Origin: Aulosira sp. ZfuVER01
GTDB taxonomy: Bacteria > Cyanobacteriota > Cyanobacteriia > Cyanobacteriales > Nostocaceae
Direction: 5' to 3'
Length of the DNA stretch: 64,000 bases
NCBI GenBank assembly: GCA_034530615.2
Contig: JAVRCV020000049.1
Span: 96,001 to 160,000, forward strand
In this document: positions 24,445 to 34,837 of the stretch, in pieces
Position numbering within the stretch: the first letter of the stretch is position 1
Layout: every line of letters starts with the position of its first letter
Notes under the pieces: model-generated
Databases searched by the model: none
Told to the model about the DNA's origin: nothing
What the model saw: only the letters and a program-made list of their open reading frames with translations
Made by a program: the position numbers and the translations under genes

Positions 24445-24641
24445 TAAAGCTACCTACGTGAAATAAAGTGATTGATTAAACTACTTTTGTAATTTATATA
24501 TATTCTTTACATTTATTTGCAATTTTGTTGCCACCGTTATCCTACCTCAGAAATGACGAACTATTACCTGATGAGGGAAAGGGAAGCGGGGAGCAGGGGG
24601 ATGAGGAAGTGTGGGGAGTGTGGGGAGAAATGACCAATTTA

Positions 24642-24956
24642 TTAAATCCCTAAAAATGGGAAGATCTGAAGTAAACCCTTACGTATCCTCAGCAAGAAAA
24701 TCTGATCCCGGATTTTAGGATCTAGTTTGCGTGGTGGGATCACTTGCAGTTGCTCTTGCAGTTCTGCGTATTGGGCGGCAGTTAAGGGTTTACCATCGAT
24801 TGGCGATCGCGCTTCTATAATTATCTCTGTACGTAAGATTTCTTCGGGAAGATCCTCTGGTGGTGGTAGTGCCATAACTGCTGTTCCTATATGGCTGCTC
24901 AACCCCACCAAAATGCTGATGCTCATGCTCAAAACAAAAAATCTTATCCGCTTCAT
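24642..24956 (-). CDS. Conserved hypothetical protein with N-terminal signal/TM segment
   Basis: Hydrophobic N-terminus, then LPPPEDLPEEILRTEIIIEARSPIDGKPLTAAQYAEL. Confidence 0.65.
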   Translation of the reverse strand: MKRIRFFVLSMSISILVGLSSHIGTAVMALPPPEDLPEEILRTEIIIEARSPIDGKPLTAAQYAELQEQLQVIPPRKLDPKIRDQIFLLRIRKGLLQIFPFLGI

Positions 24957-25604
24957 TGCTACCCTTTGGAGTTCTGAGTCCAGATCGCCATAAACTGGGT
25001 TCGAGATTGCTTAGGTTTGTTATCTATCCAAACTACCTGAGCATTCTCGATCCCTATCAATGAATAGGTGGACTAATTGCGATATTTTTCTGAGTTTTAG
25101 ATATGAGTCTAATATTTAATTTGCTTATAGCACAGAACGAAGAGTATTTGTCAATAATATTGACAGAAATGTTCCATGTATAAACCAAAAATCAAAGGGT
25201 AGGCATAATCCAGAAAAGCTGATTTAATCTACATTTTAGGGATTTTGTCTTTTGACTTACTCACCAGCTTTACTAGGTATATCGCCTGCAAACGTCTCAA
25301 TCAAAATTTAAGCTTAGTCAAGCAATTCAAACTTAGGTAGGTGGCAGAATTAGCAAGCCACCGATAAGAGATCTGAAAGTAAACAAAATTTTTCGATGAT
25401 ATATTTTTATGCGATCGCAGTATTAAGGACACGTGGTGACAGTACTAACTGTCTTTACCAGTGTCCTTCATGTTGTTGCCTTACTTAACAGATAGTTGAG
25501 AACTGTCAAGTTTGCATTCTACAACACCAGGTTTTTTAGGTCTGCATTCCTACCAAATCTGCAAAAAGGGTATTGAGAGGACTGCTGTGACTGACCTAAA
25601 TGTA

Positions 25605-25892
25605 CTAGGGTGTTTTTGTGGGGGTAGGAGTTGCAGTACCAGTAGCGGCGGGGGTAGCAGCACCAGTAGCTTTAGGAGTAGCAGCACCAGTAGCTTTAGG
25701 AGTAGCAGCACCAGTAGCGGCAGGGCTAGGGGATTTAGTAGTCGTTGGGGCCCCTGTGTCAGTTGGTTCCCCTGTAGCTGCTGGACTGCTGGTAGCACCG
25801 CCAGGAGCAGTAGGTTCACCACCACCTTCACAGGCTCCGAGAATTGCTGCCAGACTTAACATGAGAGCCAAACCAAAGATTTTTGTTTTCAT
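25605..25892 (-). CDS. Small Pro/Thr/Ala-rich lipoprotein
   Basis: RBS gaggag, signal peptide with lipobox LGA-C, four 24-bp tandem repeats (25627-25722). Confidence 0.8.
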   Translation of the reverse strand: MKTKIFGLALMLSLAAILGACEGGGEPTAPGGATSSPAATGEPTDTGAPTTTKSPSPAATGAATPKATGAATPKATGAATPAATGTATPTPTKTP

Positions 25893-26166
25893 AACTCCTC
25901 TTTCACCAATTGTGGCAATAACAAATTTTCGCCTGATGAATAAGATACCTTATTTGTTGCGTTTTTTTAAAATGCTTTCAGATATATATTAAATATTAAA
26001 GCTAATGTAAAATATTTTTGATCCGAGTAGCATTATGAAGCGGCTACAGTTATTAGTTTCTCTTAACTAAGAAAAAATCACGCTTAAAAAAGTAAACATC
26101 AAATTTAGATAAACTCATCTCACCACTTGGGAGAATATATCGGTTATTTAGGGGCAAGACCCATTA

Positions 26167-26263
26167 AAGGACTTCTAAATAAAAAATATTCCATTGCTGT
26201 GAGGGCAGGGGCGCAGGGGGAGAAAATTCCAGAAATTGGATAATTGATTTTTTGGAGTTTTTC
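26167..26263. repeat. Degenerate MITE-like element related to 2504-2593
   Basis: aaggacttctaaataaaaaatattcc ... ggataattgattttttggagttttt. Confidence 0.45.
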
Positions 26264-26582
26264 AGCGCCGCTTTTTTGTCAATTCGGCAGCAAGGCAAGT
26301 TATCATACCAAAAATTGTTATGTTTTCGCTGACACTTGCCGCTTGCTGTTTAGCATTGCCATACTTTATAGACGATGCCCAAAGGGTCAAGCTGTCCAGG
26401 TGCAGCTCGCAATCAGCGAGCATTGCAATACCCAAGTGATGCAAACCTTGGTGCAGCTACCTATCAAAACACTGAAAAGAGTTGAGGGTATTACTCGTGC
26501 TGATTGCTTACAAGGCGATTTGAACCTTAGTAAAAACAGACACCCAATCTAAAATCCAGTTTTTCTACCTGAACAAAAAGTT

Positions 26583-27278
26583 ATGGCTGCTGCTCGCAAA
26601 TCAGCTGTTTCTGCGACGGGTAATTGGTTCGAGCGAAATTCTCCCCTATCTTTAGGGAAGAGGCGCTCCACACATCGACAGTCAGCCGCCCCAAGAGCGT
26701 CTACAGTTGCTGCTGAACCTACACCAATACCCTCTACAAGACAACGGCGTTCATCGAAAAATTTATCTGTTTCTGCCACTAATGAGTCAGTAATGCTCCC
26801 AACAGTGCAGTCCGGTACACAAAAAGCTGCCAATTTTAAAGGGCAGTCAAATACAGTGCATAAAAGTCCGAGGATGGGTTTTCTTAGCCTTCCTGGCATG
26901 AAGAGTTCTGGAAATTTACCTGTATGGTTGTTGCGGCTTTATACCTTCCATCGTTATTCTTCAGTTGTGACATTTTTGTTAGTAGCTACAACCCTAGTAG
27001 TCTATGGCTGGACAGTGTATTCCCAGGATATTTGGAGCCAAGGATACCGCAGATTGCAAAGTTTACAACGTCATGAGCGACAGTTGACTACAACTAATGC
27101 CGCACTAACCAACAAAATGGCTGAAGAAGCAGAACAACCAGCAGCGGGATTGGTATTACCAACTCCGGATCGCACAATTTTTTTGCCGCCAGCATCTTAT
27201 AGTCCTAATTCCACACCACCTAAGACAACACCAGATTCAGAACCGCCGGAGCAAACTACTTCACCTTTGGGATATTAA
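26583..27278 (+). CDS. FtsL-like cell division protein
   Basis: Disordered N-terminus, single TM segment, coiled coil (LQSLQRHERQL); immediately upstream of ftsI. Confidence 0.6.
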   Translation: MAAARKSAVSATGNWFERNSPLSLGKRRSTHRQSAAPRASTVAAEPTPIPSTRQRRSSKNLSVSATNESVMLPTVQSGTQKAANFKGQSNTVHKSPRMGFLSLPGMKSSGNLPVWLLRLYTFHRYSSVVTFLLVATTLVVYGWTVYSQDIWSQGYRRLQSLQRHERQLTTTNAALTNKMAEEAEQPAAGLVLPTPDRTIFLPPASYSPNSTPPKTTPDSEPPEQTTSPLGY

Positions 27279-27291
27279 ATTCAAGAGTCAA

Positions 27292-27546
27292 GGGGAGCCA
27301 CTGCTGTGAGACACTCCGTTGCGGGGGTTCCCCCCGTTGAAGGAAGTGTCGAACCCGTAAAGGTCTTGGGGTCTCCCCAAGTAAAGTTTAGTGGCGTTCA
27401 ATGGTCCTTTGTCCTTTGTCATTGGACTAGGGAATTGGGGACTGGGGACAAGGAGGAGAAGCAATTCAAATTAAGAAATGTTTTTGCCTATTGGCTCTTG
27501 ACTTTTGACTTTTGACACATGACTAATGACTAAGGACAATGGACAC
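27292..27546. repeat. Nested short dispersed repeats followed by heptameric STRR runs
   Basis: ggggagccactgc ... agtggcgt (reverse-complement relative of 14000-14044) encloses gacactcc...ggaagtgtc; then gtccttt, gactttt and gactaat repeats. Confidence 0.7.
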
Positions 27547-27551
27547 ACCCA

Positions 27552-29375
27552 ATGCGTAAGTCACCAAGTAAAAGTAAATTCAAAAACTTTCGTCATTCAG
27601 ATTTTACAAGACGGAGAAGAGAGACGCCTAGCTCTAATACCCAAGACTACGTATCTAATATTAGAACTCGACTGTTTATAGCATGGGGTGTACTAATTGC
27701 CGCTGGGTTGGGGCTGGCGATCAATTTGTATCAATTACAAATTGTGCGAGGAGCAAAGCTAACAGAGAAGGCGCGGAATCAGCAAATGGTGAATTTGAGG
27801 CCTTTTATGCCTCGTCGCCCAGTCATCGATCGCGGCAATAATTTGTTGGCGATCGACCGTCCAGTTTATACTGTCTTCGCCCATCCGAAGTTGTTTGATA
27901 AATCTAATGAGGAAATAGCCAAGCTTCTGGCTCCACTACTGAGCAAAGATACTGCTGAGTTAGTTAAGATATTTGAAAGCAAAAAAAGTGGGATTACACT
28001 TGCCCCTGCATTGCCCGAAGAAATCGCCGATCGCTTCATTGCTTTACACTTAAATGGGTTTGAATTTATTCAAAAATACTCGCGTTTTTACCCACAAGAA
28101 GATTTAGCTGCTGATGTGGTGGGCTACGTGAATCTTGACCGTCGCGGTCAGGCAGGTGTGGAATATAGTCAAGAAAAGTTATTAGAGCGTTCGGTGCAAA
28201 CCGTGCGCTTAAGTCGTTCAGGTAATGGTGCAGTGATGCCAGATCATGCACCGGAAGGATTTTTGCATTTTGATGATTTGCAACTACAACTAACTATCGA
28301 TAGCCGCCTGCAACGGGCAGCTCGTTCTGCGCTCAAACAACAGATGGAAAAGTTTGGTGCAAAACGAGGGGCAGTAATTGTCATGGATGCATCGGATGGT
28401 TCCCTACTGGCTTTAGTTTCCCAACCTACCTACAATCCCAATCAATACTCGAAAGCGAAAATTGAACTGTTTAAAAACTGGACGGTAGCAGATCTTTATG
28501 AACCGGGATCGACATTCAAGCCTTTAAATGTGGCGATCGCTCTGGAAAATGGTGTAATTAAACCAGATGATTTATTTAATGACCCTGGTTCGATCAAAGT
28601 AGCCGATCGCATCATTAAAAATGCTGAAAATAAAAGTTACGGACAGATCAACATTGCGCAAATTCTGCAACATTCCAGCAATATTGGCATGGTGCAAATT
28701 ATCCAACGATTACAGCCCAATGTGTATTACAACTGGCTGGAACGCCTAGGGCTAGGGCAAACTGTTGATACAGATTTACCTTTTGAAGTCGGCAGTCGTC
28801 TCAAAAGCCAAGAAGAATTTATTTCCTCACCAATTGAACCTGCAACTACCTCTTTTGGGCAAGGCTTTTCCTTAACGCCCTTACAGTTAGTACAAATGCA
28901 CGGAGCTTTAGCTAATGGCGGTAAATTGGTAACACCTCATGTTATTCGCGGGCTAATTGATAGTAAAGGGCAGACGCATTATTCGCCCAATCGCCCCATA
29001 CCACGCCAAATTTTCTCCCCGACGACAACTCAACGAGTAGTAGAAATGATGGAAACTGTGGTTGCCGAAGGTACTGGTAAGGTGGCACAAATTCCCGGAT
29101 ATCGCATTGGTGGTAAAACAGGTACAGCCCAAAAAGCTAGTGCTTCTGGTGGCTACCAAGTTGGCGCTAGAATCACCAGTTTTGTAGCGATTTTGCCTGT
29201 GGAATCTCCCCGCTACGTTGTTTTGGCATTAGTGGACGAGCCAAAAGGAGAAAACGCCTATGGTTCTACCGTCGCTGCACCAATTGTCAAAGCTGTGATC
29301 GAAGCGTTGATCCCGATTGAACAAATTCCGCCTAGTCTCCCAGTTAATCCCACACCAACAGCCCCGCAAAATTGA
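27552..29375 (+). CDS. ftsI: Class B penicillin-binding protein (PBP3)
   Basis: TM anchor, YEPGSTFK (SxxK), SSN, GKTGTAQK. Confidence 0.88.
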   Translation: MRKSPSKSKFKNFRHSDFTRRRRETPSSNTQDYVSNIRTRLFIAWGVLIAAGLGLAINLYQLQIVRGAKLTEKARNQQMVNLRPFMPRRPVIDRGNNLLAIDRPVYTVFAHPKLFDKSNEEIAKLLAPLLSKDTAELVKIFESKKSGITLAPALPEEIADRFIALHLNGFEFIQKYSRFYPQEDLAADVVGYVNLDRRGQAGVEYSQEKLLERSVQTVRLSRSGNGAVMPDHAPEGFLHFDDLQLQLTIDSRLQRAARSALKQQMEKFGAKRGAVIVMDASDGSLLALVSQPTYNPNQYSKAKIELFKNWTVADLYEPGSTFKPLNVAIALENGVIKPDDLFNDPGSIKVADRIIKNAENKSYGQINIAQILQHSSNIGMVQIIQRLQPNVYYNWLERLGLGQTVDTDLPFEVGSRLKSQEEFISSPIEPATTSFGQGFSLTPLQLVQMHGALANGGKLVTPHVIRGLIDSKGQTHYSPNRPIPRQIFSPTTTQRVVEMMETVVAEGTGKVAQIPGYRIGGKTGTAQKASASGGYQVGARITSFVAILPVESPRYVVLALVDEPKGENAYGSTVAAPIVKAVIEALIPIEQIPPSLPVNPTPTAPQN

Positions 29376-29753
29376 GGATGAGCGCGGAGGAATAGGCAAT
29401 AGAAGGCAATAGAGTCAAAGAAAATACTGCTTATTATCTGCGATCCTCTGCCTCCAGACAGTGGGCAACAAGTGTAGTCATCCCAGAAAGAATGCCAATT
29501 TTTGTGAAAAGATACAAGCTGTGATGCTGAAAATGCCAGGAAATTAGCGATAAACACGGTAGTTTTCACTGCCGTTTAAATAAAAAATACAATACTTTAT
29601 CACTGAGTTAAACTCTGTGACTTTGCTTTGCGTTGATAAATTGTTCATATTTCTTTATGACCAAGGAAAGATACATAAAACCCTATGAGTATGGAAATCT
29701 AAAGATTAATAGGTGAATTATTTTTTACATCTTGGCAAAGCTACTAAATTTTC

Positions 29754-30878
29754 ATGGGAAACAATCTAGTTATATTCCCCAATCTCAAGGGGAGAGCGAA
29801 TAGTACACAAATAGCGGCAATCACAGCTACCAAATATGACGATGTTGAGCAGCAATTTATAGAACTGCTAGCTACGGAGAATTTAGACAATCAACTAGTA
29901 CAAGAGTCTGCCAAAGTCTGGGAATTTGAAGAGGCGCTCTCGACAGCAATTAATGCTGCTTATAAAAATGGTAGTGGCGATCCCCAGGCTCACCGATTCC
30001 TCCAAAGAATACTCTATAGGATTAATCGGCTAAAGTTGTTTTGGTACGACGATTTGCGGCACTATGAAAATGAGCGATCGCTTTACTTGTCTTCATGTCG
30101 CAACCAAATCGAAGCAGCTTGGCAAGGCTGGGAACTAGCACAAATCGATGTGTCAGCACTGCAAAAATTAGATGTCAAACAAGCACTGATCGAGCGCGCA
30201 AATGCCGATGTAGACCCACCTTTATCGCCAACTAGCCGCTATATCCGTGAAGAAATGACTGAAGTTGGCTACCGCCACTTATTAGCTATTGGCTCCTTTG
30301 ATGGCTTAGTAGAAGGTAGCCGCATGGCTTACATTTTGGGCGGTGCGGCGAATGAAGTGCAATGTACCCTAGTGCGAGTGTTTTTGGAAGAATACGGCAA
30401 CGGTCGCTTATCTCGCAAGCACTCGACATTTTTTGCCCAAATGCTAGCTGAGTTTGGCATGAACACCGAACCAGAGGGGTATTTTGATTTAGTACCTTGG
30501 GAAGTCCTCGCTTGTGATAACCATAATTTCTTAACGACAGAGCGTAAGCGCTATTTTCTCCGCTACAGTGGTGCATTGACCTATTTTGAAGTAGCTGGCC
30601 CTGCGGCTTACAGAAATTATCTAGCGGCGGCGCAAAGACTGGGGCTGTCAGAGGCAGCTATGGGTTATTGGGAATTGCACATTCGCGAAGATGAACGCCA
30701 CGGTCGTTGGATGTTGGATGATGTGGCTTTGGCTTTGGCAGAAAAGTATCCCAATGATGCGTGGGAACTGGTACTTGGCTATGACCAGGAAAAACTAATG
30801 GGCGATCGCGCAGCGCAAGCTGTTGTCCGATCGATACGTGAGATTGAAGAGGCTAACTCACCCATAAATGATAGATAG
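29754..30878 (+). CDS. Heme-oxygenase-like diiron 'iron-containing redox enzyme'
   Basis: Metal-ligand pattern EEYGNG..RKHSTFF, YFE, YWELHIREDERH. Confidence 0.8.
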   Translation: MGNNLVIFPNLKGRANSTQIAAITATKYDDVEQQFIELLATENLDNQLVQESAKVWEFEEALSTAINAAYKNGSGDPQAHRFLQRILYRINRLKLFWYDDLRHYENERSLYLSSCRNQIEAAWQGWELAQIDVSALQKLDVKQALIERANADVDPPLSPTSRYIREEMTEVGYRHLLAIGSFDGLVEGSRMAYILGGAANEVQCTLVRVFLEEYGNGRLSRKHSTFFAQMLAEFGMNTEPEGYFDLVPWEVLACDNHNFLTTERKRYFLRYSGALTYFEVAGPAAYRNYLAAAQRLGLSEAAMGYWELHIREDERHGRWMLDDVALALAEKYPNDAWELVLGYDQEKLMGDRAAQAVVRSIREIEEANSPINDR

Positions 30879-31077
30879 CAATTAAAAATACCAGCTTCGA
30901 CGCTGAGATTTTTAACTCCATAATTCATATTTTTTCAGGAAAAAATTTCTTTAGTAACAGCGCGTTTGACGAAGTCCTTACCGCAGGTATCGCTAAAGAA
31001 ACAGTTTTTCTTGCATTAATGCATTTGAACTGATTTTCTTCAACATCAATTATACATTAAACTTGAATTGAGGTCAC

Positions 31078-31773
31078 ATGAAAGACATATTTTTTTGCCC
31101 TGAAGAATCTAATTTCTACTCCAATTGTTTAGAAAACTTAGTTATCAGAAATTGTGAAACTGCTGATGAGATTGTTGAGTTCGGTTCAGGTGATGGTAGT
31201 CCTGTAATTAACTCATTACTGAGAAATAAATTTGATGGAGTCATACATGGATTTGAATTAAATACTTCAGCCTGGAAAGCCGCAAGTTTAACAATTGATG
31301 AATACAACCTCGCCAACAAATATATTATCAATAACTCCTGTTTATTTAAATCTTCTAAACCCAAAGCCAAGTATCTGGTTGCTAATCCTCCATATCTGCC
31401 TGCGCCAGATCCAGATATTTATATGCCACTACTCTTTGGTGGTATAGATGGAGCCACAGTTACTAACAATCTCTTATCTTTGGGATATGAAAATGTGCTA
31501 GTTTTAATTTCTAGCTTTTCCAATCCCAAAAGTACAATTGAGCAAGCACAAGATTATGGATATACAGTGAGCAACTTTGTAGTTTTACCTTTAAAGTTTG
31601 GTCAATATAGCTCTGAGCCAAAAGTTAAAAAGCATATCGAAGAGTTGCGGAAACAGAAAATTGCTTTTTATTCTGGTGAATATTACTTCTTGGCTGGAGT
31701 TTTATTCACTAACTGCTCAAAAAATCCAACTGATTTATCTCAGGAACTAGCTCAAGTAATGACAAGTTTATAA
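31078..31773 (+). CDS. SAM-dependent methyltransferase with NPPY motif (HemK-like)
   Basis: EFGSGDG motif I, GFELN, VANPPYLP. Confidence 0.85.
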   Translation: MKDIFFCPEESNFYSNCLENLVIRNCETADEIVEFGSGDGSPVINSLLRNKFDGVIHGFELNTSAWKAASLTIDEYNLANKYIINNSCLFKSSKPKAKYLVANPPYLPAPDPDIYMPLLFGGIDGATVTNNLLSLGYENVLVLISSFSNPKSTIEQAQDYGYTVSNFVVLPLKFGQYSSEPKVKKHIEELRKQKIAFYSGEYYFLAGVLFTNCSKNPTDLSQELAQVMTSL

Positions 31774-33639
31774 TTAACACATCAGAGGATTATCGATAGT
31801 GACATAAATCGATTCGGTGGCTAAAGCGCTAAGTATTTCATCAACGCCATGAAAGCGGGAGATAAGATTTGCTTTGCAACGCAATTGCGGTTGACGCAAC
31901 TGATGCAGAATTTGAGAGCCGCCTTGGTTTATATCTGCATATTTGTCTAAAGCACTTCTGACTTCTGCTAAAAGTATGCGCTCATCCACCAATCCCCCTA
32001 CACCAAAGGCATTAATCAACCCCAACAAATGATTAATGAACAAATAGTAAACTAGGCGTTCGTCGCCAGTAATGGCATTTCTGCACACCGTGTAGCTTCT
32101 TTGGCTAAAGCCAGGGAGAATGCGATCTAATTGTTCCTTGAAAGTTGGATAACAGTAATAATCTTGATTATCACGGAAAAAGAAGCGGTAAGGATAACCG
32201 TCTTGTAGTTGTAAAATGCTATTTTGTTGATGCGCTTCTAGCCCAATGCCATAGGTAAAGTAAAGCCAAAGCATTGGTTCTAGTGAAATTGTCAGATAAC
32301 AGCGAAACCAATCACGGCTAACTTCATCTGTAGTGCGTTGTTCGCGCTTTGCCAGCGTTCTGATAATATTCGTTAGTCGCGAACCATTGTTAAACATAGC
32401 ATCCTGACACAGGGATATTACACAAGTTGCATCAGTAGCAGAATTTGTGGGAAAAACATTTTCTCGTAGTAGCAAAGCAAAGCCAGTATTTGGTTCGTCG
32501 TCTACTTGCAAAGTAATATAAGCAGGTTCACGGATAATATTGAATTTTGGAAAGCGATCGCGCAGTTCTTGACCAATTTCAGTATTTAATAGGTGATAAA
32601 GTTCTACTGCCCGTTTTAACTCTTTATAGTAAAGAACCCGTATTGAGTTAGTAATCTTGACGTTCAAAGACAGTTTGAACATGAACCTGGCATCGGGATG
32701 ATAAACTGTACGAATTGAAGAAGTAGGTATAAAAGCTCGCCCTTGTAAACCTAAATCTTGCAACAATCCCTGATTTAATAGCCGCTGAACCAATGGTTGA
32801 CGCCGCAGAAAATTTGCCTGCCAAGGATGCACTGGTAACAAGGTATATTCATCCGGGACGCAGTAGCGGAGTTTGAAATTTCCATCCACTTCGGTATCCG
32901 CCAAAAGTTCCCCTTTGATTAGTTCTGTAGCGGTTTGTGACAATGCTGAACTTGACTGCACTATCGATTGATGGGCGCGAAAATAGTACAGAGGAAACCG
33001 CCCCTTCAATTCAGGGGAATAAGTAGCTAATTCATCAAAAGCAAAACCTTCACGGCTTTTCGGTGTTGGATGTAAGGGATGCCCAAAAATTAATGCTTGT
33101 TCAGTTTCACTAAAATTACTGTTAAAAGCATAGAGGATATCAGCATCTTGTCGCCGCTGCCCAAGAAATAGTTGCGTATTGCGACAGCTTTGCACTACTC
33201 CTACTAGCAATTCCTCTTGATGTCTGTTGCTACCATCATTTAACGCCAATTCTTTTGTTAGCAGCGCAACTAAGGTGACATAATCTGCTTCTAAAAGCGT
33301 ATTATTGCCTCCTGGTTGATAATAAATGGGAAAGTAAAATAAATGGCGTCCGGTTAGTGAATAGTAGCGTAAACCAGCTAATATTTGGATGCTTTGATGC
33401 TTTAAGTAACAGCGAATTAATTCTTGAGAGTTGGTACGAATGAACGCCTCATTTATAGCATTATCTATCAGTTCAGTATTGGCTTTTATTCTTTCCCCCG
33501 TAGCAGTTTCTCGCAGATAGCAATTAAAAAAGCTTTGGATTGTTGATTGTTCAGCAATTTGCTTGTCAGTGAGATTTATATCCAGTTGTGGCATTGCAGA
33601 AGTGGTGATGCTTTGGTCTGTCATCTCAATTTTGGTCAT
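31774..33639 (-). CDS. IucA/IucC family NRPS-independent siderophore synthetase
   Basis: GHPLHPTPKSR, PVHPWQ, TSSIRT, KLSLNVKITNS, EAHQQN, FFRD. Confidence 0.92.
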   Translation of the reverse strand: MTKIEMTDQSITTSAMPQLDINLTDKQIAEQSTIQSFFNCYLRETATGERIKANTELIDNAINEAFIRTNSQELIRCYLKHQSIQILAGLRYYSLTGRHLFYFPIYYQPGGNNTLLEADYVTLVALLTKELALNDGSNRHQEELLVGVVQSCRNTQLFLGQRRQDADILYAFNSNFSETEQALIFGHPLHPTPKSREGFAFDELATYSPELKGRFPLYYFRAHQSIVQSSSALSQTATELIKGELLADTEVDGNFKLRYCVPDEYTLLPVHPWQANFLRRQPLVQRLLNQGLLQDLGLQGRAFIPTSSIRTVYHPDARFMFKLSLNVKITNSIRVLYYKELKRAVELYHLLNTEIGQELRDRFPKFNIIREPAYITLQVDDEPNTGFALLLRENVFPTNSATDATCVISLCQDAMFNNGSRLTNIIRTLAKREQRTTDEVSRDWFRCYLTISLEPMLWLYFTYGIGLEAHQQNSILQLQDGYPYRFFFRDNQDYYCYPTFKEQLDRILPGFSQRSYTVCRNAITGDERLVYYLFINHLLGLINAFGVGGLVDERILLAEVRSALDKYADINQGGSQILHQLRQPQLRCKANLISRFHGVDEILSALATESIYVTIDNPLMC

Positions 33640-33903
33640 TTGTCATTGGTGGGGGTTGCGGGTATTTTGACTTACTTAGCTAACCATTGATGAGGGTGCT
33701 ATCTGGGAAAAAATTCGCTCTCAAAAAGCTTAACAGGATTGAAAACCTACCTCATAGGCCTCCTGATTTATTTTTCTTTCGCGTTGGGACTAACAAAAAA
33801 CAAATTCTTACAGTCTCTAAAGTTAAATATGTAACAGTTTAGTTCCCTTGAAGGTAGCTTACTATGTACTGTATGGACTGAGGACAGCTTGAGGTATGCG
33901 TTT

Positions 33904-34620
33904 ATGAAAAGTGTCGTTCAATCCCCCTATAGTAGCGAACAAGTAGCCGCTTGGTTACGTGGATTGTTGACTATTGCTCTAGCAGATGGTGACTTCGACG
34001 CCCATGAAAAGCAATTGATTGCTAGTATCACAGAGAATGAATTAGCTCCCGGTACAAACTTCGATTCTCTGGAAGCGATCGCACCAGAGGAATTAGCCAC
34101 AATTTTGGGTAAGGGGACACCAGCAGCCGAAAATTTCTTACGTACAGCGGTGATGGTCGCGATCGCAGATGGTACATATTCTCCCAGTGAAGACGAAGTT
34201 TTGCAACAGTTGTGTCAAGCCCTAGGACAGCCAAAGGATTTAATCGAAGCCCTGCGCCATACCCTAGAACACACAGAACATCTAGATCCGGCAATAGACA
34301 GTTTTCTACAGCGAGAAGCATCTGAGCAACCGTCTTTAACAATTGCGCCCTATGCACCTCCCCATGATGCACTCACTCCCCTGCGCGATTGGATGGATGG
34401 ACTCGATATTCAAGACCCTAGAGTTGCCCGTTTTTTATGTAAAATGATTCCTTCACAGTGTCCCTTTGAACGAGATGTCACACTGTTTGGACGCAAAATT
34501 GTGCATATTCCACCATTATGTAAAATCAACCCGCTTTATGAACAAATGGTAGGCTTACGTTTCCGCGCCCTCTCCTACTTGGCAGATGACTGTGGTGAGG
34601 ATGTTTCGCCATATATCTAA
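33904..34620 (+). CDS. TerB-like + 'Mo-dependent nitrogenase C-terminal' domain protein
   Basis: ALADGDF and AIADGTYS, plus IPSQCPFERD..IPPLCKINPLYEQMVGLRFRAL; ATG at 33904. Confidence 0.85.
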   Translation: MKSVVQSPYSSEQVAAWLRGLLTIALADGDFDAHEKQLIASITENELAPGTNFDSLEAIAPEELATILGKGTPAAENFLRTAVMVAIADGTYSPSEDEVLQQLCQALGQPKDLIEALRHTLEHTEHLDPAIDSFLQREASEQPSLTIAPYAPPHDALTPLRDWMDGLDIQDPRVARFLCKMIPSQCPFERDVTLFGRKIVHIPPLCKINPLYEQMVGLRFRALSYLADDCGEDVSPYI

Positions 34621-34830
34621 GTGCTGAGTGCTTAGTGCTAAGTTAAAAGTAAAGTGTAAGGAGTAAGGAATTGCAGTTATTTTCAGGTAAATTAACCACA
34701 TCTTTTTTGTCTGGCGCACATCGGAAAGTAATAATACAAGATTGTGGTTTGAATCGATGAAAAATGCTGTAATGAAAAACTTATAATTTATAACTCTCAC
34801 TCAGCACTCAAGACTCAGCACTTAGCACTC
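34621..34830. repeat. Inverted pair of heptameric STRR runs bounding the intergenic region
   Basis: gtgctgagtgcttagtgctaagt at 34621 and actcagcactcaagactcagcacttagcact at about 34799-34829. Confidence 0.65.
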
Positions 34831-34837
34831 TAAAAAT

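Noticed and set aside
25512..25992. Alternative-frame ORFs over the lipoprotein gene
   Set aside because: Products of the 24-bp repeat; only 25605-25892 (-) has an RBS and lipobox.
26244..26552. 102-aa ORF upstream of the ftsL-like gene
   Set aside because: Begins inside a repeat with a weak start and shows no recognisable motif.
33904..34620. Nitrogenase gene
   Set aside because: The domain name is historical; the protein is not NifH/D/K-like and no nif cluster is present.
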